DNA of 64,000 bases from Terriglobales bacterium (GTDB taxonomy: Bacteria; Acidobacteriota; Terriglobia; Terriglobales; SCQP01), in NCBI GenBank assembly GCA_025451775.1, contig JANWJU010000131.1, positions 1,421-65,420 of the forward strand. Reading direction: 5' to 3'. The position numbers and the translations under genes were made by a program. Below, one piece after another: positions 57,201-64,000 of the stretch. The notes under the pieces are model-generated. The model had not been told where the DNA came from. It worked only from the letters and a program-made list of their open reading frames with translations, and ran no database searches. Numbering within the stretch: position 1 is the first letter of the stretch; each line of letters begins with the position of its first letter.

Positions 57201-58181
57201 GGTCAGCGGCTGATCGGTGGTGATGGTGAGCGCGGCGCGGGTGCCGGCCACGGCGCGCAAATCGCCGGCCTTGACGTCGGTCAGCGCCTTCATCCCCGTC
57301 CATGCCGGGTACTGATACGTCGCTTGGATCTGTTTCACCGCGGGCAAATCCCGCACCCGCAAGTGATAGGTCGGCGAGCGCAGCGCGCCCGCAACCACGT
57401 AGTAGTCAACGTCTTCAGGCAACCCCGCAAATAGATACTGATAGCCGCTCGCGCCCGGCGCCGGGTGCATGACGGCCGTCTGCCACCCGGCCGCGCTTTC
57501 ATAGCGGGCGTGAATCTCGACCTCGGGGGCGGTCATCCCCTTGGGCAGAGCGGTCACGGTGGCATCGCTGTGGCGGCGGATGAGGGCATTGCCGGGCGCC
57601 ACCGCCAGTGAATACATCGGCTGGGCGTGGGTGCGGGGTCCTGTCCACAGCAGCGCCGCGCCATAGCCCCAGTAGCCGGGGCCGGCCGCGATAATCCAGA
57701 CCAGCACCGCGGCACAGGCCACGGCTGTTCCCAGCGCACCATAGACCCAGTTGCTGGGCGCGAGGTCCTCGGGCGGCGCCTGCGCCGCCAGTTCCATCGT
57801 ATCGGCGGCGAGCAGCTCCTGGAACGGATCCTCGGGCGCGTGCGCATCCCGCTCGGTAAACGTCGTCAGGCGTTGGTTCAGATCGGGAAACTGCCGCTCC
57901 GCCCGCGCCACCGCGTGGGCCATGCCCCGGCGGCGGCTGAGGCGCCGCAATGGCCACGCCAGGCCCCAAGCTACGGCAGCCGCCAGCGCGGCGGTCAGCG
58001 CCCACCGGGCGCCCGTGATGCTGGCCGAGGAAAACGCATAACGGTTGGCGATGGCCACCAGCACCAAGGTCGCCGCCAATGCGGTAGCGGCGCACAGCGC
58101 CGCGCCACGACTAGCCGCGCCCAGCCTGAGCCGGCGCTGAAGCTGATGAATATAGGCTCGAAGCTCTTCCCGCGCGTTCAT
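54261..58181 (-). CDS. Large (about 1306 aa) membrane-anchored, Gln/Gly/Asn-rich low-complexity protein; last gene of the MoxR-DUF58-BatA operon
   Basis: Start at ATG 58181 (MNAREELRAYI..), 4 nt after the upstream stop. There are three N-terminal TM segments and a beta-rich middle. The long Q/A-rich coiled-coil-like and G/N/Q-rich tracts include runs of 9-11 Gly. Confidence 0.8.
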   Translation of the reverse strand: MNAREELRAYIHQLQRRLRLGAASRGAALCAATALAATLVLVAIANRYAFSSASITGARWALTAALAAAVAWGLAWPLRRLSRRRGMAHAVARAERQFPDLNQRLTTFTERDAHAPEDPFQELLAADTMELAAQAPPEDLAPSNWVYGALGTAVACAAVLVWIIAAGPGYWGYGAALLWTGPRTHAQPMYSLAVAPGNALIRRHSDATVTALPKGMTAPEVEIHARYESAAGWQTAVMHPAPGASGYQYLFAGLPEDVDYYVVAGALRSPTYHLRVRDLPAVKQIQATYQYPAWTGMKALTDVKAGDLRAVAGTRAALTITTDQPLTGGVLVVDDGAGNPQQVKLAPLGGNQYRGVIDMEKDGLYHVAAQIAGEDPSQPTRISEDYFLAAPPPAPPQVALVRPRGDYRASPIEEVTVAAQASDQFGLKEFALHYSINGGPDKTVTLLPQQGAKKADGQTVISFESFHAKPGDLVSVYASAADGDTARGPARSDMMFIQADPFERDFTQSQQAGGGGGGGGGGQGNTAAQIVDREKEIIAGTFKQQGDNSAPSAAKNKLAADTSRLLSESQTTLHDQAVSLSGRIQSRELTDENQAFSDFQKDMDAAAASMSPAATSLKGEKWSAAIPNEEKALRSLLQAEATFLKIQVAFGARGGGGGGGGSAARDLASIFDLELDTQKNQYETQQTASASEQKSESINDTLKKLDDLEQRQQQLAQNRNNLAQSAQQRWQQDMLRREAEQLQQQLQSMLNQQNSQSGQSGQSGQSGQSGQSGQSSSASASSSSSGSPSGSQSAGGRSGSSAASAAGAASAEQQAAQAALNRLREANAAMQRSEQQNQSPAQAAADAAQAAAALRQARQALAAMQGQNADQRLAAMAGEAGQLAQTQKQQADQIRKYAAGTQQATPAEVDSLVQQRQQVSNAYDQLEAAMRNAARDLSGAQPGASTKLRDAITAADGSDLGTRLQRSADWLRNGDASPDSETTLSSDLQALANGLRQAQQALTPSAANQPNAALAGAMSQIERLRQQIAALGGTPGQPGNQGNQGNRSGPAGQQFQPGGLSRSGQGQSGNQAGSRAGNQAGQQSGQGQQSAQNGQSGGGRNGGQGGGQGGGRNGGQGGANAANGNRQGNPTAGPVGNRIAGANGNLGRNGGILDGRIGDVAGGGNRNGGNYGGYDTGNTRIQGQAVAPQAGPNPADTQREIQQDMEALNRLRPDLPQDPTVQKQIDAFIKQMQALDPSRFPGNPQAVEQARQQLLATADALELQVRKQLDDTGSAGQIRDTVPEAAPAGYQDAVAAYYRRLSGDGK
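55860..55913. repeat. 9-bp tandem repeat x6 inside the large ORF
   Basis: CTGTCCGCT x3, CTGCCCGCT x2 and CTGGCCGCT x1 encode (SGQ)6 on the minus strand. Confidence 0.9.
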
Positions 58182-58185
58182 GCTG

Positions 58186-60288
58186 CTACCTCCCGGCAAC
58201 TCCCCTGCCCACCACCCCTCGTGCCACCCCCGCCGCCTGCAACGGCTCGCCCGCCGGCTCCTCGTCCCGACGCACCTTAAGATACCTGGCGGCCACAAAC
58301 GATTCGGTCGCCGCCGCCACTAGCATCAACAACAATATGTACCACCAAAGAGATACCGGCACACGGCTCGGAGCCGCCCCCGCGGCCGCGGCCGTGCTCC
58401 CCGCCAGCGGGCTGCCGTTCCCTGGCGTGCCCCGCCAAAGCGCCAGCGTCTCCTCGGGGATGGGGCTCAAATCCGACTCCCGGCGGTCGGGGTTCACCGC
58501 CACCACCTGCTGCCGTCCATCGGCCAGCTTGAGCTGATAGAAACCGGCTTCGCTCAAGGGCAGCGTTTGCGCGGTCAGAGCCTGCGCTAAACTCAGCGGC
58601 CGCCGCCCCTGCGGATCCGTCACCTGCACCGCGATCGCCGCCGCCGCCCCCTGCTCCTTGGCGGTGCGTAGTGTCAGATAACTGTCCACCGCCTGCGGAC
58701 CGGCTTCTTGGTTGCCCGCCAAGTACGAGGCCATCTCCCGCACAAACGGCACAAACGCGGCGTGCAACGGAAAATCGTTGGTGAGGTTGTCGAACCCGGA
58801 GGCGAAGACCACCACCCGCCCTTCCCCCACCTTGCGGTCCAGCAGCAACGGTGTCCCGTCGCTGAGCCGCGCGATGACGCGCGCATCTCCGGGCACGATG
58901 CGGGCGGCGTAGTAAAACTTCACCCCCGGCCAATTACCCAGCAGCGCCGTCGCCGGATACGCTGTGTCGGAATCCCCCACCGCCAGATACTGTTCGCCGT
59001 AATCCTCCGGCTGCGCCACCGTGCCGCCAAACACCGGCAACGCGCGCGTCGCCGTCCCGGCGGCGATCAGCAACCCGCCGCCGGTTTCCACATATTGGCG
59101 CAGCTCGCTGGCGAACTCGGCCGGCAGCGCGGTCGCATCCGCCAGCACCACCAGGGCGTACTGCGACGGCTGCCGCCCCACCACGCCCCCTTCGCTTACC
59201 GCATCGAGCACGAACGCCGATCCGGCACTCGCCTGCAGCGCCGCCCCGAAGTACAGCGGTGAGCGCGCATCGCTCGCGGCATGGACGAACAGCACATGCT
59301 GCGGATCGGCGCGCCGCACGCTAAATACGCCGCTGTTGTCCGCCGCAAAGCCGTCGTTCAAGCCCGCCGCCGGTTCCACGCGCACCGTGCCCTCCGACCA
59401 TCCGTAACCGAAAGCCACGCTATCGAAATCGGCGGTGGCGCTGCCCGATGCCGGCACCTGAACCGTCTGCCGCGCCACCACGTGCCCGTTGACCTCGAGT
59501 ACGACTGGAATGCTCGCCGCGGGTGTGTTGTAGCCGCGCACCACCGCCTCCACCCGCGCTGGCGGCGTATCCTTGGGCGATCCCCACAACTCCGTCGGCG
59601 CCTGAATGCTGGCCACGGTCCAGTTCGGCGGAGCGGTGGCGCCCACGACATTATGGGTGACCAGGGTGGTGTTGCCTGGCAGCATGAGATCAGCGAAGCT
59701 GGCAGGCATCCCGCTCATCTGCATGTCGCTGAAGAACTGCACCGTCACCGGCGTGCCGGACGCCGCCACACTTGCCTTCAATCCCCGTGCCAATTCCCCG
59801 AAATCCGCATGCGACCATCCTGGCTCGATGCCCGCGATGGCCGCCCGCAGCGCGGCCCGGTCCGTGCTCGGTTGGGTCAGCACCTCCAGCCGGTTGCCCA
59901 GCGCCATGACCTGCACCTTGCCCGTCAGCCCAACGAGCGTGGCCGCGGCTTGCCGTTGAGCGTCGGCGAGCCGGGTTCCCGCTTGCATGCTGAAGGAGTG
60001 GTCGATGACCAGCACCGTCAACCGGTCGCCGGTCACGCTCGCCGCCGGCCGTAGGATAAACGGGTCTGCGAAGGCGAATACCAACAGCGCCAACAGAGCC
60101 AGCCGCAGCACCAGCAGCCAAAGGTAGCGTAGCTTCCGGTGCCGCATCGAGGCCTGCGTCCGCGGCTCAAAAAACATCAGCGAGCTGAACTGCCGCGGAT
60201 TCGTGGTCTGCCGCCGCAGCAGGTGCAGATACAGCGGCGCCGCCACTCCGGCCAGCCCCAGCAGGAACCATGGCGCGAGAAATCCCAT
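58186..60288 (-). CDS. BatA-domain / vWA-like membrane protein
   Basis: MGFLAPWFLLGLAGVAAPLYLHLLRR.. is an N-terminal double-TM aerotolerance-regulator-type domain. ..LTVLVIDHSFSM.. is vWA-like. A C-terminal TM segment is present. Confidence 0.85.
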   Translation of the reverse strand: MGFLAPWFLLGLAGVAAPLYLHLLRRQTTNPRQFSSLMFFEPRTQASMRHRKLRYLWLLVLRLALLALLVFAFADPFILRPAASVTGDRLTVLVIDHSFSMQAGTRLADAQRQAAATLVGLTGKVQVMALGNRLEVLTQPSTDRAALRAAIAGIEPGWSHADFGELARGLKASVAASGTPVTVQFFSDMQMSGMPASFADLMLPGNTTLVTHNVVGATAPPNWTVASIQAPTELWGSPKDTPPARVEAVVRGYNTPAASIPVVLEVNGHVVARQTVQVPASGSATADFDSVAFGYGWSEGTVRVEPAAGLNDGFAADNSGVFSVRRADPQHVLFVHAASDARSPLYFGAALQASAGSAFVLDAVSEGGVVGRQPSQYALVVLADATALPAEFASELRQYVETGGGLLIAAGTATRALPVFGGTVAQPEDYGEQYLAVGDSDTAYPATALLGNWPGVKFYYAARIVPGDARVIARLSDGTPLLLDRKVGEGRVVVFASGFDNLTNDFPLHAAFVPFVREMASYLAGNQEAGPQAVDSYLTLRTAKEQGAAAAIAVQVTDPQGRRPLSLAQALTAQTLPLSEAGFYQLKLADGRQQVVAVNPDRRESDLSPIPEETLALWRGTPGNGSPLAGSTAAAAGAAPSRVPVSLWWYILLLMLVAAATESFVAARYLKVRRDEEPAGEPLQAAGVARGVVGRGVAGR

Positions 60289-61178
60289 CAGTTCCGCCCT
60301 TGCCGCAGCGTGAGGTATTCACGTAGTGCCAGGTCCAGCGGCCGATCCGCGGGCAGCAGAAAATAATCGAGGCCGGCGCCTTGGGCGCGCTGCCGCAGAT
60401 CGGTCACATGGGCATCGAGCTTGGCCCGGTACTCGTTGCGGGCGTACTCGGCGGTCACCTCGAAGCGCTGCCCGGTCTCCAGATCCACCAGCAACTCCGA
60501 GCCGTCCACATCCGGCCGCAGCTCGCGCGGGTCCAAAAGATGAAACAGCACGACCTCGTTGCCGTGAAACCGCAGCGGTTCGACCGCACGCACGATCGCC
60601 TCCGGCGGGGCGTAGAAGTCCGAGATGATCACCGCCAGGCCGCGCCGGTGCAGGAACTCCTGGAAGTGCGCCATGGGCTTGCCATAATCGGTGCGGGCGC
60701 GGGGCTTGGCCTGCTCCAGCGCCGCCATGAGCCGGGCCAACTGGCCGCTCCGCGTCGAGGGCCGGACGAAATCCCGCACCTCGTCATCGAACACGATCAA
60801 CCCGGCCGCGTCGCGTTGGTTGTGCAGCGCCAAATACAGCAGCGACGCCGCCAGATAGCGGGCGTAGTTCAGCTTGGAGCCGAAACTCATCGAGTTGCTG
60901 GCGTCCAGCAATACCGTCAACTGGCTGTTGGTCTCCCCTCGGTACCGCTTCAGGTATGCGCGCTCGGTGCGTGCATACACGTTCCAATCGACGTGCCGCA
61001 GGTCGTCCCCGGGCGAGTAGGCGCGGTACTCCGCGAACTCCTGGCTGAAGCCAAAGTCGGGAGAACGGTGCAGCCCGGCCACGAAGCCATCGACCACCGT
61101 GCGGGCGATCAGCTCCAGGTCGGCGATACCGGCCAGGACCGCCGGATCAAGAAACGACTGTTCGGCTCTGCTCGCCAT
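60288..61178 (-). CDS. DUF58 domain protein
   Basis: ..FGFSQEFAEYRAYSPGDDLRHVDWNVYARTERAYLKRYRGE..LLDASNSM... Confidence 0.9.
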   Translation of the reverse strand: MASRAEQSFLDPAVLAGIADLELIARTVVDGFVAGLHRSPDFGFSQEFAEYRAYSPGDDLRHVDWNVYARTERAYLKRYRGETNSQLTVLLDASNSMSFGSKLNYARYLAASLLYLALHNQRDAAGLIVFDDEVRDFVRPSTRSGQLARLMAALEQAKPRARTDYGKPMAHFQEFLHRRGLAVIISDFYAPPEAIVRAVEPLRFHGNEVVLFHLLDPRELRPDVDGSELLVDLETGQRFEVTAEYARNEYRAKLDAHVTDLRQRAQGAGLDYFLLPADRPLDLALREYLTLRQGRN

Positions 61179-62220
61179 AACCTTCCAGTAAGCGGCGCAG
61201 GATCTCGTCGCTATCGATGTGCTCGGACTCGGCGTGGAAATTCAACAGGATCCGGTGCCGCAACACCGGCGTGGCCATCGCCCGCACGTCTTCGTAGGCC
61301 ACGTGGTAACGTCCCCGCGCCAGCGCCCGCGCCTTGGACGCCAGGACGATGAACTGCGCCGCGCGCACGCTCGCCCCGAAGTTCACGTACTTCTTCACGT
61401 ACTCGGGGGCGTTCTCGCTGGTGCGCCGCGTCGCCCGCACCAAATCCACCACCGAACGCGCCACGGTGTCGGCAATCGGCACCATGCGCACGAGCTCTTG
61501 GAAATCGAGAATCTCCTCGGCGTTGGTGACCGCCTCCAACCGCACCATGCGCGTGGCGGTGGTCATATCCACTACCTTGGCTTCCTCCTCGGCGCTGAGG
61601 TAGTCGAGGATGGTATTGAACAAAAACCGGTCCAACTGCGCCTCCGGCAGCGGGTAGGTACCCTCCAGCTCGATCGGATTCTGGGTGGCGAGCACAAAGA
61701 AGGGCGAGGGCAGCGTGTAATGATTACCGCGCACGGTACAGCTGCGTTCCTGCATCGCTTCAAGAAGTGCCGATTGTGTCTTGGGCGGCGTGCGGTTGAT
61801 TTCGTCGGCAAGTAGCACGTTGCCGAAGATCGGTCCCTCGACGAACGTCCAGCGCCGGTGTCCGGTGGTGGGGTCCTCCTCGATGATGTCGGTGCCGGTG
61901 ATGTCGCTGGGCATCAGGTCGGGCGTGAACTGGATGCGCCGGAACGTCAGCCCCAGCGTCTCCGAGATGGTCCGCACCATCAGCGTTTTGGCGGTGCCGG
62001 GCAAGCCGGTGATCAGGCAGTGCCCGCCCACGAATAAGGCGATCAGGATCTGGTCCAGCGCCTCGTCCTGACCCACGATCACTTCCCGCACCTGGGCGAT
62101 GATGCGGTCCCGGGCGGCGTGGAAACGGGTAATGCGCTGGCGCAGTTCGGCGGAATCCGCGGAATTCAACGTCGCCAGTGTTGAAGCGGCGAGGGCAGGG
62201 TTGGTTTGGGTAGCACTCAT
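61147..62220 (-). CDS. MoxR-family AAA+ ATPase
   Basis: Start ATG 62220 (MSATQTN..). Walker A GLPGTAKT, Walker B LLADEINR and ..VLATQNPIELEGTYPLPEAQLDRF... Confidence 0.93.
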   Translation of the reverse strand: MSATQTNPALAASTLATLNSADSAELRQRITRFHAARDRIIAQVREVIVGQDEALDQILIALFVGGHCLITGLPGTAKTLMVRTISETLGLTFRRIQFTPDLMPSDITGTDIIEEDPTTGHRRWTFVEGPIFGNVLLADEINRTPPKTQSALLEAMQERSCTVRGNHYTLPSPFFVLATQNPIELEGTYPLPEAQLDRFLFNTILDYLSAEEEAKVVDMTTATRMVRLEAVTNAEEILDFQELVRMVPIADTVARSVVDLVRATRRTSENAPEYVKKYVNFGASVRAAQFIVLASKARALARGRYHVAYEDVRAMATPVLRHRILLNFHAESEHIDSDEILRRLLEGYGEQSRTVVS

Positions 62221-62236
62221 GAGAGACCTTTCGTGG

Positions 62237-64000
62237 TTATTTCGTGGCGGGCGCGGCTTTCTGGGCGGCGACAATCTGCACCAACAACTGCTGCGCCGGC
62301 TGAAAATCGTGGGCGGCGACCAGCGCATTGAGGACGTGATCCCGGGCGGCGCCGAGATCGCCGTCAGCGAACTCAGCCCGGGCCAGATCATATTGCGCGC
62401 CGGCCTGGTCCAAAGGGCGGAGATCCACCAGTGCCTGATACTCCCGCATCGCGCCCGGATAGTTCTTGGCTTCCATCCACAAATCTCCCAACTTCCGATG
62501 CACAACCGCATCGAGTGGATAGATATAGTTGATGCGGTCCAGCGCCGCCGCCGCCGCGGCGGGCTGGTGCTGGGCGATTTCGAGAGCGGCAAGTTGCTGC
62601 AACCGCTGCGGATCCATGCCGCCTTCGTGTTCGTAAGCGGTCAATATGGCGGCTTCCGCGGTGGTGTTGCCCTGTTTTTGGTAGGCATCGGCGAGAAATC
62701 CATAGGCGTTGGCATCCTCGATGTAATCCGGGTAGAGGCTGACCACCTGCTGGCCCACTTTCTCGATCTGGCTCAAATCCGGTTGCGGCGCCTGGGCCGC
62801 CGTCACCAACGCATGCAGTTGCGTGCGCCAGAGGGCAAAGTTGTCCACCTCGGCGCCAAGCCCCTTGGGACCCTTGAGAAGCCAAGCGTCAAACTGCGTG
62901 TCGAACGCCGCCGGCGTCATTCCCAGCGCTTGCTGGATGACGGCGGTGGTCGTCGTCGGCACGGCGAAATCATGCACCATCTCGGTGAGCTTCTCCGCTC
63001 CCCACCGCTCTTGGATGTAGTCGCAGATCCGTCCCGCTTGAAAGTAGGAAACGATCACTTCGTTGGGATAGGTCGGATGCATGAAGCCGCCATCCAAGCC
63101 GGCGACCGGAAGCAGCTTGTGGTCGCGGATCGCAACCAGCGTATCGGGCGTGACCCGGTCGCCCCACTCCGGGTTCGCCTGCGTCTCCTCGTGCACCGCC
63201 AACCCCTCGGCAAACCAGCGCGGAACCAGGTTATGCGTCGCCGTCAGTACGAAGACGTGATCCATCTCGTGCCGCAGCGTGCTCGCCCAGTTGAAATCCC
63301 CCGGCGGACGCGCCGAAGGACTATCCATGGTCACCACGTTCCCGAACGTCACCCCCAGCGCGCCCAGCCCCGGCAACCCCACGCTGCGCACCGCGAAGTC
63401 GGCGTGGTTGGGGTAGGCCTCAATCTGCACTTCGTAGGCGCCAGTGGGCGAAGTCTGCTCTGGCAGCGTCATGTGGTACTTGGCGCTGTAAGCGGTCATG
63501 GCATCCTGCGCCACCTTTTCGAGGTAGGGCGCCAGCACCGCCGCCTCTTTTTTATCCAGCTTCAACGCAATCGGCCCGTCGTGGATGATGGTGAAGTCCT
63601 TTTCCGTATCCAATAACCGCAGGCAGTTGACCGTGGCCGCATCCCGATAGCCGTTGTTATAGGCCAGCTCGAGTTGCTGCTCGGCCGCGTCGGCCTGCCC
63701 CAGCCGCATCAGGTTGACGCCCCACTCCGAGTGCGCCGACCACAGCGCCGGGTCCAGCGCCACCGCTTTTTGGTAGTACCCCATGGCGTCCTGGTAGCGC
63801 CGCTGCAGGACGAGCTGCTCAGCGATGATCGCCTGCGCCTCACCGTAATGCGGGTTGATCGCGATGACCCTGCCCAGCCACGCCGCCGGCGTTTGCCCGG
63901 CGATCACCGCCACCGCCGCATGCACCGCCATGGCGTCGAGGTCGTCGGGCTGAGCCTGCAAGGCCGCATCCGCCTCGGACTCCGCCGCCGCTGGTGTCGA
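62237..64000 (-). CDS. TPR-repeat protein with an HExxH metallopeptidase-like core; N-terminus off window
   Basis: The frame stays open to the window edge. It has ..LRHEMDHVFV.. followed by ..FAEGLAVHEE.., flanked by TPR-like repeats. Its stop is 16 nt upstream of the moxR start. Confidence 0.75.
   Translation of the reverse strand, partial: STPAAAESEADAALQAQPDDLDAMAVHAAVAVIAGQTPAAWLGRVIAINPHYGEAQAIIAEQLVLQRRYQDAMGYYQKAVALDPALWSAHSEWGVNLMRLGQADAAEQQLELAYNNGYRDAATVNCLRLLDTEKDFTIIHDGPIALKLDKKEAAVLAPYLEKVAQDAMTAYSAKYHMTLPEQTSPTGAYEVQIEAYPNHADFAVRSVGLPGLGALGVTFGNVVTMDSPSARPPGDFNWASTLRHEMDHVFVLTATHNLVPRWFAEGLAVHEETQANPEWGDRVTPDTLVAIRDHKLLPVAGLDGGFMHPTYPNEVIVSYFQAGRICDYIQERWGAEKLTEMVHDFAVPTTTTAVIQQALGMTPAAFDTQFDAWLLKGPKGLGAEVDNFALWRTQLHALVTAAQAPQPDLSQIEKVGQQVVSLYPDYIEDANAYGFLADAYQKQGNTTAEAAILTAYEHEGGMDPQRLQQLAALEIAQHQPAAAAAALDRINYIYPLDAVVHRKLGDLWMEAKNYPGAMREYQALVDLRPLDQAGAQYDLARAEFADGDLGAARDHVLNALVAAHDFQPAQQLLVQIVAAQKAAPATK

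Overview
Gene-dense, visibly GC-rich (about two-thirds G+C by eye, not computed) bacterial chromosomal segment with about 55 protein genes on both strands. I saw no rRNA, tRNA, CRISPR array, transposase or integrase. Most long ORFs in the track that lie antisense to recognisable genes are high-GC artefacts. The content is mostly housekeeping: gltB-gltD with a divergent LysR regulator, nusB, a cysteine desulfurase-mnmA pair, ftsK, uppP, carA-carB, pnp-rpsO, an HtrA protease, infC-rpmI-rplT-pheS-pheT, cfa and cysD-cysN-cysH. Two tandem secreted vWA proteins of the kind typical of Acidobacteriota, plus a MoxR-DUF58-BatA operon, weakly suggest an acidobacterial origin (inference only). The best candidate for something new is a 28-codon ORF with 6 Cys codons (48703-48789). 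It is followed by mutually exclusive antiterminator and terminator hairpins directly upstream of a tightly coupled cysD-cysN-cysH-tauE operon, which looks like a cysteine-sensing leader-peptide attenuator. Other points worth a second look: (1) a palindromic repeat family present as 2+2 copies at two divergent promoter regions; (2) a probable non-canonical ATC start for infC; (3) a CysN with a degenerate APS-kinase-like tail next to an APS-reductase-type CysH; (4) a stand-alone Clp D2-type AAA+ ATPase carrying an xGF loop; (5) a tandemly duplicated methyltransferase; (6) a CDF transporter with three C-terminal domains; (7) two atypical receiver-domain proteins.
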